A program made the translations under genes and the position numbers. Shown here piece after piece: positions 1 through 13,285 of a stretch of 32,000 nt of DNA. Origin of the DNA: Mucisphaera calidilacus (lineage in GTDB: Bacteria; Planctomycetota; Phycisphaerae; Phycisphaerales; Phycisphaeraceae); assembly GCF_007748075.1 (NCBI RefSeq), contig NZ_CP036280.1, forward strand, positions 3,330,001 to 3,362,000, read 5' to 3'. Under the pieces are notes generated by a model. That model had not been told where the DNA came from. It did no database searches and saw only the letters and a program-made list of their open reading frames with translations. Numbering within the stretch: the first letter of the stretch is position 1; each line of letters opens with the position of its first letter.

Positions 1-1
1 G

Positions 2-1258
2 TTGTTTGATGTGGGTTATGCCGAGGCGTTGATCCGGTCGCACGTGGCGAGCCCGGAGCACCTGAAGGTGACGCTGACGCAGGCGCCACCCGGTCTGGGG
101 CCGCTGGTGCTGTCGCGTCGCGTGCTGGGTGACATGGCGGAGCACGCGGGCTGGTTCGGCAAGATCCTGGGTTACAACACGTTTGCGCCGTCGATCGACC
201 CGATCGGTCGCGAGGTGACACACCCGATCGCGTCGTCGGTTCGCGACTGTGCGCGGCGGTTTGTTTATGACACGCCCGAGTCGATCGGGCGTCTTCGTGG
301 CGTGGCGGAGCGACTGGGAGGCGGCCTGGCGACGGCCGATGCACAGGCGGTGACGGACGCCTGCCGAGCGCTTGAGTCGGGTGACGGCGGTTTCTGGTTC
401 TCGCGTTTGCCGCAGCAGGTGACGGTTGAGTTGACGCCTCGGCGTCCGGTGTCGGGCCCGATCACGCCTCAGGCGTATGTGGATTTTGATCGTCCGGACA
501 TGGACGTTGATCTGGCCGAGCGTGTGGTGGGCGAATTGGGTGCGGCGGAACGCGGTGACGTGGCGTTGATGCTGGGGGGTCTGGGTGATGCGCTGCTTCA
601 TCCGGAATGGGAGCGTGTGGTGCGTGCGGCGGACGAGGCGGGTGTGTTCGGGATCGGCGTGGAGACGGATCTGGCGGGTTCGTGGGAGGAGGTCGCGCCG
701 CTGCTGGATCTGCCGATTGACCTGGTGGTGGTGCGTTTCAACGCGGATTGTTCGGAGACGTACGAGAGGGTGATGGGTGGTGATTTCACGCGGGTGGCGA
801 CGAATCTCAAGCGGCTGTTCGAGGAGCGTGGGGCGCGTCGTGCGGCGGACGGTCGGGGGTCGCAGGTGCCGTGGATCGTGCCGCGTCTGGTGAAGACGGC
901 GGAGACGCTCCGCGACATGGAGAGTTTCTTCGAGCGCTGGTTGCGTGCGTCGGGTTACGCGATTCTGTCGCCTTCGTGTTCGGGTTGCGGCCTGATGCCC
1001 GAGTTGTCGCCCGTGCCGATGGAGCCGCCACGGCGTGTGGCCTGTCAGCAGCTGGGTCGTCGGATGTCGGTGTTGTCGGACGGGCGTGTGGCGTTGTGTG
1101 ATCAGGACTGGCTGGGGCGGGCTTCGCTGGGCGATGCTCGTGCGGATTCGCTGGCGTCGATCTGGGCGCGATGCGCGGAGCCTTTTGCGGCGCACGCGTC
1201 GGGTCGTTACCAGGAGCTGACGATCTGCGGTTCGTGTCGGGAGTGGCACCGGCCATGA
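2..1258 (+). CDS. radical-SAM-fold / SPASM(twitch)-domain protein lacking the CX3CX2C motif (spiro-SPASM-like); 5' end cut by window edge
   Basis: Frame is open from the window edge. GGLGDALLHPEW (aa 192-203 of the track ORF) resembles the glycine-rich SAM-binding motif of radical SAM barrels. The segment where CX3CX2C would sit reads ELTPRRPVSGPITP (nt 428-469) and has no Cys. The C-terminus has C348-X12-G-X4-C366 and C409-X2-C412, a SPASM/twitch-type signature. Stop TGA 1256-1258 overlaps the next ATG (ATGA). Confidence 0.7.
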   Translation: MFDVGYAEALIRSHVASPEHLKVTLTQAPPGLGPLVLSRRVLGDMAEHAGWFGKILGYNTFAPSIDPIGREVTHPIASSVRDCARRFVYDTPESIGRLRGVAERLGGGLATADAQAVTDACRALESGDGGFWFSRLPQQVTVELTPRRPVSGPITPQAYVDFDRPDMDVDLAERVVGELGAAERGDVALMLGGLGDALLHPEWERVVRAADEAGVFGIGVETDLAGSWEEVAPLLDLPIDLVVVRFNADCSETYERVMGGDFTRVATNLKRLFEERGARRAADGRGSQVPWIVPRLVKTAETLRDMESFFERWLRASGYAILSPSCSGCGLMPELSPVPMEPPRRVACQQLGRRMSVLSDGRVALCDQDWLGRASLGDARADSLASIWARCAEPFAAHASGRYQELTICGSCREWHRP

Positions 1259-1980
1259 GCGTGAAGGGTGATACGAGCGGCGGTGTGCTGGCGTTGATCC
1301 TGGCGCGTGCGGGGAGCAAGGGTCTGCCGGGCAAGAACGAGCTGGATGTCGCGGGTCGGCCGATGCTGGCGTGGACGGTGGACTGTGCGCGCGAGGCGGC
1401 CTGTGTGGAGCGCGTGGTGTTGACGACGGATGGCGAGCGGCTGGCCGAGATGGGTCGTTCGCTGGGCGTGGAGGTGGTGGAGCGGCCCGGGGCTCTGGCG
1501 GATGACACGGCGACCGTGGACGCGGCGGCGCGGCACGCGGTGACGGTGTTGGAGGCGGGCGGGGCGTCTTATTCGGAGGTGGTGTTGTTGTACGGCAACG
1601 TGCCGGTCCGGCCGAGCGGTCTGGTGGATCGTGCGGTGTCGATGCTGCGCGAGACGGGCTGCGATTCGGTGCAGTCGGTGTGCGGCGTGGGCAAGGCACA
1701 CCCGTACTGGATGAAGACCCTGGATGAGACGGGGCGTATGTCGGCGTACGAGGCGAATCAGGTCTACCGGCGTCAGGACCTGCCTCCGGTTTACCTGCTG
1801 GATGGTGGGTTGATCGCGGTGCGTCGTGCTTCGCTGTTTGTGGAGTGTGCGGGTGAGCCGCACGCGTTTCTCGGCGAGGATCGTCGTGCGGTGGTGACGG
1901 AGCCGGGTGAGGTGATTGATATTGATACCGCGGCGGATCTTGCGGTTGCGGAGGCGGTGTTGCTTTCAAGGGGCGACTGA
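1255..1980 (+). CDS. acylneuraminate/nonulosonate cytidylyltransferase (CMP-sialic acid synthetase family)
   Basis: ATG 1255 overlaps the upstream stop (ATGA). N-terminal LALILARAGSKGLPGKN is the typical CTP_transf_3 / NeuA-type motif. The track start at 1171 lies inside the upstream CDS and is rejected. Confidence 0.85.
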   Translation: MSVKGDTSGGVLALILARAGSKGLPGKNELDVAGRPMLAWTVDCAREAACVERVVLTTDGERLAEMGRSLGVEVVERPGALADDTATVDAAARHAVTVLEAGGASYSEVVLLYGNVPVRPSGLVDRAVSMLRETGCDSVQSVCGVGKAHPYWMKTLDETGRMSAYEANQVYRRQDLPPVYLLDGGLIAVRRASLFVECAGEPHAFLGEDRRAVVTEPGEVIDIDTAADLAVAEAVLLSRGD

Positions 1981-3068
1981 TGGCGGGTCAGGAACCGAGA
2001 CGTGTGGCGATCGTGACGGGGACGCGGGCGGAGTTCGGGTTGCTGCGGCCCGTGATCGATGCGTGCCTGGGTCGTTCGGAGCTGGAGACGCTGCTGCTGG
2101 TGACGGGGACGCACCTGACGCGTGGGACGGTGACGGACGTGCGGAGTGCGGGGTATCGGATTCACCGCGAGGTGATGATGCAGCTGCCGGGGGATCGGGA
2201 TCGGCTGTCGGAGTCGGAGGCGGTGGGTCGCGGGGTGATGTCGTTTGCGACGGCGTGGCGCGAGATGGTGCCTGACGTGGTGCTGGTGCTGGGGGATCGT
2301 GTGGAGGCGTTCGCGGCGGCGGCCTCGGCGTCGGTGGGTGGTGTGCGTGTGGCGCACGTGCATGGCGGCGACCGGGCGGAGGGTGTTGCGGATGAGGCGA
2401 TGCGTCACGCGATCTCGAAGCTGGCGCACCTGCACTTCGCGGCGAGCGCGGAGAGCCGGAGGCGTCTGGTGCGGATGGGCGAGGCGTCGTCGTCGGTGTT
2501 TCGCGTGGGTTCGCCTGCGATGGACGGGCTGGATGCTGTTAAGCCGGCGGAGGATGCGCCGCGGGTGATCGTGATGCAGCACCCGATCGGAGCGGCGGAT
2601 GATCAGGAGCGTGCGTGGATGCGCGGGACGCTACGGGCGGTGGCTAAGCATGACCCGCTGGTGATGTGGCCGAACAGCGACGCCGGCTCGGCGGGGATTC
2701 GGTCGGCGATCGAGGAGGCGGGCCTGCGGACGGTGGATCATCTGCCGAGGGAGCGGTTCTTGTCGCTGCTGGCGGGTTGTGAGGTGCTGGTGGGGAACAG
2801 TTCGGCGGGGTTGATCGAGGCGGCGGGGTTGAGGCGTGCCGCGGTCAACGTCGGGCCGCGTCAGGGTGGTCGCGAGCGACCGGCGTCGGTGCTGGATTGT
2901 GATTACGGGGAGCGTGCCGTGCGTGCGGCGGTGCGGAGCGCGCGGGGGCTGGACCTGCGTCGGATGCGTCATCCGTACGGTCGTGGCGACGCGGGGGTGA
3001 AGATCGCGGAGGTGTTGGCGGAGTTGGACCTGGCGGCGGTGCCGGTGCGGAAGCGGAACGCGTATTGA
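1980..3068 (+). CDS. neuC: UDP-N-acetylglucosamine 2-epimerase (hydrolysing), NeuC/LegG-type
   Basis: ATG 1980 overlaps the upstream stop (TGATG). HVHGGDRAEGVADEAMRHAISKLAHLHF matches the conserved core of hydrolysing UDP-GlcNAc 2-epimerases. Length is 362 aa. Confidence 0.82.
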   Translation: MAGQEPRRVAIVTGTRAEFGLLRPVIDACLGRSELETLLLVTGTHLTRGTVTDVRSAGYRIHREVMMQLPGDRDRLSESEAVGRGVMSFATAWREMVPDVVLVLGDRVEAFAAAASASVGGVRVAHVHGGDRAEGVADEAMRHAISKLAHLHFAASAESRRRLVRMGEASSSVFRVGSPAMDGLDAVKPAEDAPRVIVMQHPIGAADDQERAWMRGTLRAVAKHDPLVMWPNSDAGSAGIRSAIEEAGLRTVDHLPRERFLSLLAGCEVLVGNSSAGLIEAAGLRRAAVNVGPRQGGRERPASVLDCDYGERAVRAAVRSARGLDLRRMRHPYGRGDAGVKIAEVLAELDLAAVPVRKRNAY

Positions 3069-3077
3069 GTCCGTGCT

Positions 3078-4280
3078 TCAGATTTTGAGCGTCAGTTCGG
3101 GGTTGGCGGAGGGGAGCTTGTCGCGTGTGAAGTTGAAGCGTGTAACGTCGATGCCCTCGGTCTCGGCGATGTAGATCGACTTGGGCATGTCGCTGAGCTG
3201 GAAGATCTCGCCGGACTGGTTTTTGGGGTTGCCGAGTTCTTCGGGGTCGGCCATCACCTGGACTTTGGGCCGGCAGGGGTCGAATCGGTTGGTGTCGAGG
3301 ACGACGACGTGCTGGTCGTTGCTGAGTTTGACGATGTTGCCCGGGGGGTAGGGGGGCACGACGTCGACGAGGGTTTCGAGGACGTTGGGGTCGAACTTGC
3401 TGGCGAGGGGTTCGGAGAGGATCTGGTGGAGCGCGATGACGGTGGGTCGTTTGCTGGCGTTGGGGGGTTGGCGGAGTGTGTCGAAGGTGTCGGCGACGGC
3501 GGCGATGCGTGCGAAGATGTGGCATCGGTTGCCCGGGAGCGCGGGGTAGTTGCCGCCCGCGAATCCGCTGCCGTCCCATCGCTGGTGGTGGTTGAGGACG
3601 ACGGTGGCGGCGGTGGGTTCGAGTTTGCCGCGGACCATCTGGTAGCCGAGGGCGGGGTGTTGCTGGTAGGCGGCGTCGGACTCGTCGAGGGTCTGCTCGT
3701 AGTTCTCGCGGACCTCGTCGTCGAGTTCGGTCATGCCGATGTCGTGGAGCATGGCGCCGATGGCGAGGTTGATGACTTCCTTGGCGCGGGCTGGGTCGAC
3801 GTGCCGGCGTTCGTGGACGATGTAGCCCTCGAGCTTGAGGCCCATGAGCAGGGCGAGGTACATGACCGAGGAGGCGTGCCGGACGAGGGTGTCGTCGGTG
3901 TCGGCGAGGTCGCCCAGGAAGATCGCGGTTCGCGGGTTGCCGATGAGCTGATCGATGAGTTTGTTGATGGATCGTTCGTACTGCTCGTAGGGGAGTCGGG
4001 CGGCGGATTTGGTCTGTAGTTCTTCGAAGCCGTCGACGATGTTGTTGACGACTTCGGTGCGTACCTCGGCGGCCTCGGCGTTGATGTAGTCCTCGATGCC
4101 GTCGAGGCTGGGGTAGCGGACCCAGATGGATCGGACCTGGAGGTCGCGGAGTTTCTGGATGATCTTGGCGGTGAGTTCGAAGCCGATTTTGAGGAGGACG
4201 CGCGACGGGCTCTTGGGATTCATGACGGGCAGTGCGAGTGCCATGCCTTCGCGTGCCCTTCGTAAATCGACTCTGAGCAT
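3078..4280 (-). CDS. HD-GYP domain protein (putative c-di-GMP phosphodiesterase) with DUF3391-like N-terminus
   Basis: HDIGM metal motif and HHQRWDGSGFAGGNYP (HD-GYP signature with an apparent insertion between G and YP). ATG 4278-4280 is preceded by GGAG on the minus strand. Confidence 0.85.
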   Translation of the reverse strand: MLRVDLRRAREGMALALPVMNPKSPSRVLLKIGFELTAKIIQKLRDLQVRSIWVRYPSLDGIEDYINAEAAEVRTEVVNNIVDGFEELQTKSAARLPYEQYERSINKLIDQLIGNPRTAIFLGDLADTDDTLVRHASSVMYLALLMGLKLEGYIVHERRHVDPARAKEVINLAIGAMLHDIGMTELDDEVRENYEQTLDESDAAYQQHPALGYQMVRGKLEPTAATVVLNHHQRWDGSGFAGGNYPALPGNRCHIFARIAAVADTFDTLRQPPNASKRPTVIALHQILSEPLASKFDPNVLETLVDVVPPYPPGNIVKLSNDQHVVVLDTNRFDPCRPKVQVMADPEELGNPKNQSGEIFQLSDMPKSIYIAETEGIDVTRFNFTRDKLPSANPELTLKI

Positions 4281-4426
4281 GCCGGGTACTCCTGGTCCAA
4301 CCGCTGGACCGGTTTACTATCGGGCTATCCCTAAGGTGAGTGGTGTCGGGCGCGTGTGATCGGTTGTTCGCTGATGAAACGGGCCGGCACAGGTGTTGGT
4401 GTTTGCCCTCTTTATCGCGGGTGGTT

Positions 4427-4933
4427 TCAGCGGACGGCGGGTCGTCCGTGCTGCTGTCGTTGCTGGTTCACCGTATCGAAGGCGTCGGGCTGGTGGCGCA
4501 GGAGTTTTATGAGCTGTGTGCGGGTGATGCGTTGGAGGGTGGCTGCGCGGCGCAGGTCGTAGGCGCAGGCGTGGATGACGTCGAGGGCCTCGGCGAGGAG
4601 GGCGGGGTAGTCGTCGTGTCTGGGGTTGATGGCGAGGGTCTGGTCGTTGCGGGTGCGGTCCTGCCAGCGTTGGCTGGGGGCGCGGGTGAGGTCGGCGGTT
4701 TCGCGGTGATGGATGGCGAGGTTGATGCGGAGTCGTTTGAGGGCGACGCGTTGGTTCTCGGCGGGGCTGCGGCGTTCGCCGGCGTGTCCGCGTTGTCCGG
4801 TGGGTTTGTGGACGAGTTCGACGGCGGTCTCGACCTTGTTGCGTCGTTGCCCGCCTGGGCCGCCTCGCTTGGCTCGGAGGAGGTCGCACTGGCGGCGGAG
4901 TTCGTCGGGGTCGATGGCGGCGGGGTGGGTCAT
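4427..4933 (-). CDS. peptide chain release factor-like (GGQ / RF-1 domain) protein, 168 aa
   Basis: GGPGGQRRNKVETAV is the class-I RF / peptidyl-tRNA hydrolase GGQ motif. ATG at 4931-4933 (MTHPAAIDPDE...). The remainder of the 536-aa track ORF (4427..6037) is an R/P/H-rich artefact antisense to the CPBP gene. Confidence 0.75.
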   Translation of the reverse strand: MTHPAAIDPDELRRQCDLLRAKRGGPGGQRRNKVETAVELVHKPTGQRGHAGERRSPAENQRVALKRLRINLAIHHRETADLTRAPSQRWQDRTRNDQTLAINPRHDDYPALLAEALDVIHACAYDLRRAATLQRITRTQLIKLLRHQPDAFDTVNQQRQQHGRPAVR

Positions 4934-4948
4934 CACCCTGGGGTCGGG

Positions 4949-4966
4949 GTCGAAGATGTCGAAGAC
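4949..4966. repeat. tandem 9-mer GTCGAAGAT/GTCGAAGAC (preceded by GGGTCG GGGTCG) in 63-nt divergent intergenic region
   Basis: Read directly: ctgGGGTCGGGGTCGAAGATGTCGAAGACatcg, between RF-like ATG (4933, minus) and CPBP ATG (4997, plus). Confidence 0.5.
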
Positions 4967-4996
4967 ATCGGGCACGCGGTTCACCTCCGGGTCTGA

Positions 4997-6100
4997 ATGA
5001 TGGTAACTTTCGCGGCGGATCAAGCGTCCGTGCCGGATCGCCGAATCGGATCGTATGTTGTCACCCCAGTTGCCAGGCGGATCTGTTTGAACCAAGCACC
5101 TGATGATCAGCGTGAGTCGTGGCTCGGGCGTCTGGACGCCTGGGTGGAGGAGAGCCCGTGGCACCCGCGGGTGCTGCCTTTTTTCGTCTACATCTTCGGG
5201 CTGCTGATTATCGGGCTGGGCTCGACGGTGGAGTCGTGGGGCGCGGGGATCGGTGTTGTGGCGGCGGTGGGTCGTGGCTGGCAGTCGGCGCCGGTGCAGT
5301 TGGTGTTGTATGCGGCGCAGTGCGGGTTGGTCTGCTGGCTGCTCTGGCGTTATCGCAGGCTCACCCCTGAGCTGACGATCCGGTTTCACTGGCTGGCGAT
5401 CCCGACGGGCGTGTTCCTGCTGGTGGCGTGGGTCGGGCTGGGCTGGCTGATGACCGGGGAGTTTTCGGAGCGCTGGTCGGGGCTGATGGCGGGGGAGCCG
5501 GTTGGTGCGATTGACTACGGCATCGACGGCGCGGAGCCGAACGCGTTTGCGACGGTCGAGGAGCACGACCTGCGCAAGCAGGTGCATTCGGACGGTCTGG
5601 AGGGCCAGTTCGGGGCGGCGCTGCTTTTCTTCCGACTGCTGGGGATGTCGCTGGTGGTGCCCCTGTTCGAGGAGTTGTTTATTCGGTCGGCGATGGTGCG
5701 TGGTCTGCAGCATCGTCGGGAAACGCTTCGCGGCATCGGGCAGGTGCTGTGTGATTTTCCTGTCGTTGGCGATGCGCTGATGAACACGAAGTTCGGGCGT
5801 GAGGTATCGCGGGAGGACCCGATCCTGACGCGTCAGCTGGTGGCCACGCCGGTGGGCGCGATGACGCTGTGGGCGGTGTTCGCTTCGACGCTGGTGTTCA
5901 GCCTGAGTCACCTGCTGCGTGACTGGCCCGGGTGCATCGCCTGCGGCATCGTCTGGTGCTGGCTGGTGTGGTATACGAACCGTCCGAGTCTTGCTGAGGA
6001 CCGTCGGATGGGGATCGGGCCGATCGCGTGGTCGCACGGCATCACGAACGCGTTGCTATGGGGTTACACGGTCTGGACGGACGACTGGCAGTTTCTGTGA
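4997..6100 (+). CDS. CPBP family (CAAX/Abi-type) intramembrane glutamic protease
   Basis: Several hydrophobic TM segments. It has the EELFIRS (EExxxR) motif and a downstream FSLSHL histidine motif. Start is uncertain: the first ~40 codons have lower GC and atypical codons. Confidence 0.78.
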   Translation: MMVTFAADQASVPDRRIGSYVVTPVARRICLNQAPDDQRESWLGRLDAWVEESPWHPRVLPFFVYIFGLLIIGLGSTVESWGAGIGVVAAVGRGWQSAPVQLVLYAAQCGLVCWLLWRYRRLTPELTIRFHWLAIPTGVFLLVAWVGLGWLMTGEFSERWSGLMAGEPVGAIDYGIDGAEPNAFATVEEHDLRKQVHSDGLEGQFGAALLFFRLLGMSLVVPLFEELFIRSAMVRGLQHRRETLRGIGQVLCDFPVVGDALMNTKFGREVSREDPILTRQLVATPVGAMTLWAVFASTLVFSLSHLLRDWPGCIACGIVWCWLVWYTNRPSLAEDRRMGIGPIAWSHGITNALLWGYTVWTDDWQFL

Positions 6101-6106
6101 GCGGCG

Positions 6107-7648
6107 TTACCCCGCGGAGGAGAGCTGTCCGGTTTCCATGCCCGGGGCGGGGAGTTCGGACGAGCCCATGAGGTAGGCGTCGATGGCGTGGGCGGCGCCG
6201 CGTCCTTCGGCGATGGCCCAGACGATGAGCGATGCGCCGCGGCGCATGTCGCCGGCGGTGAAGACCTTGTCGGCGGAGGTGGCGAAGCTGCCGTAGTCGG
6301 CCTTGACCTGTCCCCAGTCGGTCTCGATGCCGAGGGACTCGATGAGTTTCGGGGTGTCGTGGCCGGTGAAGCCGATGGAGAGGAGCACGAGCTGCGCGGG
6401 GAGTTCGCGGTCGGAGCCGGGGACTTCGCGTGAGACCTTCTTGCCGTTCTCGTCGGTGGTCCATTCGAGGCTGGAGACGTGCATGGCCTTGACGTTGCCG
6501 TTGCCGTCGTCGACGAAGCCCTTGGGCAGGATGCCGTAGGAGCGCGGGTCGCGGTCGTAGCGTGCGGCGGCCTCGGCGTGGCCGTAGTCGATGTAGAAGG
6601 TTCCGGTGGGTCCGGGCCAGGGGTGGCGTTCGTCGCGTTCGTCGGGTTCTTTGGAGCGACGGGTGATGTTGGTGAGTGACTTGCAGTTCTGCCGGAGCGC
6701 GGTGCCGATGCAGTCGGTGCCCGTGTCGCCGCCGCCGATGACGATGACGTCCTTGCCCTGGGCGGAGATGTAGTTGCCGTCCTGGAACTGGGAGTCGAGG
6801 AAGGACTGTGTGGATTTCCAGAGGTACTCCATGGCCATGTGGACGCCTTGGAGGTTTCGGCCGGGGAGCTTGTCGAGGTCGCGTCCCTGGAGTGCTCCGC
6901 AGGCGAGGAGGATTGCGTCGAAGTCGCGGAGCAGGTCCTGCGGGTCGATCTTGTCGGCCCTGTGGTTGGAGCCGTGGTGGGCGCGGTCGCCGCCGACGTT
7001 GGCGTTGGTCTGGAAGCGGATGCCCTCGGCGCGGAGGAGCGCGACGCGTCGGTCGACGAGGTCCTTCTCGAGTTTCATGTTGGGGACGCCATACATGAGC
7101 AGCCCGCCGATGCGGTCGTCGCGTTCGAAGACGGTGACCTCGTGGCCGGCCTTGTTGAGCTGGTCGGCTGCGGCGAGTCCAGCGGGTCCGGAGCCGACGA
7201 CGGCGACCTTTTTGCCGGTGCGGACGGTGGGCGGGTTGGGGACGACCCATCCCTCTTCGAAGGCGCGGTCGATGATGGCGCACTCGATGGACTTGATGGT
7301 GACGGGGGGCTCGTTGATGCCGAGGACGCAGCTCTCTTCGCAGGGTGCGGGGCAGATGCGTCCGGTGAATTCGGGGAAGTTATTGGTGCGTGCGAGGCGT
7401 TCGTAGGCGTCGCGCCATCGGCCGTGGTAGATGAGGTCGTTCCACTCGGGGATGAGGTTGTCGATGGGGCAGCCGGTGTCGGACTGGCAGAAGGGTACGC
7501 CACAGTCCATGCATCGCGCGCCCTGTTCCTTGAGGACGTGCTGGTCGGCGCGCTGGTAGATCTCGTAGAAGTCGCTGAGGCGCAGGTCGGGCTGGCGCGA
7601 GGGCATGGCGACGCGGTCGTATTCCATGAATCCGGTGGGCTTACCCAT
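6107..7648 (-). CDS. gltD: glutamate synthase (NADPH) small subunit
   Basis: MGKPTGFMEYDR N-terminus, Fe-S Cys cluster CMDCGVPFCQSDTGCP, and Rossmann motif VAVVGSGPAGLAAA. GGAG lies upstream of ATG 7648, 45 nt downstream of the gltB stop. Confidence 0.95.
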   Translation of the reverse strand: MGKPTGFMEYDRVAMPSRQPDLRLSDFYEIYQRADQHVLKEQGARCMDCGVPFCQSDTGCPIDNLIPEWNDLIYHGRWRDAYERLARTNNFPEFTGRICPAPCEESCVLGINEPPVTIKSIECAIIDRAFEEGWVVPNPPTVRTGKKVAVVGSGPAGLAAADQLNKAGHEVTVFERDDRIGGLLMYGVPNMKLEKDLVDRRVALLRAEGIRFQTNANVGGDRAHHGSNHRADKIDPQDLLRDFDAILLACGALQGRDLDKLPGRNLQGVHMAMEYLWKSTQSFLDSQFQDGNYISAQGKDVIVIGGGDTGTDCIGTALRQNCKSLTNITRRSKEPDERDERHPWPGPTGTFYIDYGHAEAAARYDRDPRSYGILPKGFVDDGNGNVKAMHVSSLEWTTDENGKKVSREVPGSDRELPAQLVLLSIGFTGHDTPKLIESLGIETDWGQVKADYGSFATSADKVFTAGDMRRGASLIVWAIAEGRGAAHAIDAYLMGSSELPAPGMETGQLSSAG

Positions 7649-7693
7649 CGTGAGGCTCCTGTGTGTCGTTGCGTGGGGCTGGTCGGCTTTGGT

Positions 7694-12270
<4,577 letters not shown>

Positions 12271-12274
<4 letters not shown>

Positions 12275-13194
12275 GAGGGGGCTCCGAGCACGCCGGCGTT
12301 GTCGGTGGTGCGGGCGTGCTGACACAGGAATTCGGAGAAGTGCCGTGCGGCGGGTGAGAGTCCCGCGCCGGGTCGGTTGCTGGGCCGGTGGATGATCCCG
12401 ATGGGTCTTGTGAGTGAGGGCTGGAGGGGGATGACCCGCAGGAGTCCGGCGTCGGCCTCGCGGGCGACGGCCTGGGCGGGCAGGATCGCGATGCCCGAGC
12501 TGCTCATGACGGCGGACTTGAGGGTGTCGAGGTTGTCGAAGGACTGGCTGACGACGACGTGGACGCCATGGTCGCGGAGGTAGGCGCGGATCTTGCGGGC
12601 GACGGGCAGCCGGTTGTCGAAGGCGAGGAGGGGGACGTTGTCGAGGTCGGCGGGTGTGAAGCGTTCGCGGGTGGCCAGTTCGTGGTCGGGCGCGACGACG
12701 ACGGCCATGTTCTCTTCGCGGAGGGGGATGGCGACGGTCTTGCGCCAGCCTTCGGGGAAGGAGACGATGCCGAAGTCGAGTTCGTGGTCGAGGACCATCT
12801 GGACGACGGTTTCGGGGTGGTGGAAGACGATGTCGATGGTGGCCTTGGGGTGCTCTACGAGGTAGGCGGTTCGTACCCGGGCGAGGAGGTCGATGCCAGC
12901 GGAGTAGATGGCGCCGACGCGGACGGCGGACAGTTCGCCGTCGTTGAGCTGGGCGACGCGTTGTTCGAGGGCGTCGTGTCGGGCGAGGATGTCTTCGACG
13001 CCCGTGAGGTAGTACTCGCCGGCGGGTGTGAGTCCGAGGGGTCGGACGGATCGGTCGATGAGCCGGGTGCCGAGTCGTTTTTCGAGGCCGTTGATGCGTT
13101 GGCTGACGGCGGACTGGGTGAGGCCGTGCAGTTCTGCGGCGCGCGAGAAGCTGTGGCACCGAGCGACGTCGAAGAACAGGCGTAAGGTCTGCAC
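12271..13194 (-). CDS. LysR family transcriptional regulator
   Basis: N-terminal wHTH FSRAAELHGLTQSAVSQRINGLEKRLG plus a LysR substrate-binding-type C-terminus. GTG start at 13194 with GAGG 6 nt upstream. Its TGA (12271-12273) overlaps the gltB ATG (ATGA). Confidence 0.9.
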
Positions 13195-13265
13195 GTGGCA
13201 CCTCTGCGGGGTGGGTCATCAGCGAGACGGTGGCGTCGTCGCTGCCGGTCGAGTTCTGCGAAGGT

Positions 13266-13285
13266 CGAAGCAGTTCCGTCTGCTT
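13266..13285 (-). promoter_or_regulatory. hairpin GAAGCAG-N6-CTGCTTC in the lysR-gltBD 5' leader
   Basis: Perfect 7-bp inverted repeat in the GC-rich segment between the AT-rich island (13361-13420) and the lysR GTG 13194. Confidence 0.3.

Noticed and set aside
4934-6037. Upstream 368 codons of the 536-aa minus-strand ORF 4427..6037
   Set aside because: Only the last 168 aa (GGQ protein) look like protein. The rest is R/P/H/Q-rich and antisense to the CPBP protease gene, which has clear TM segments and motifs.
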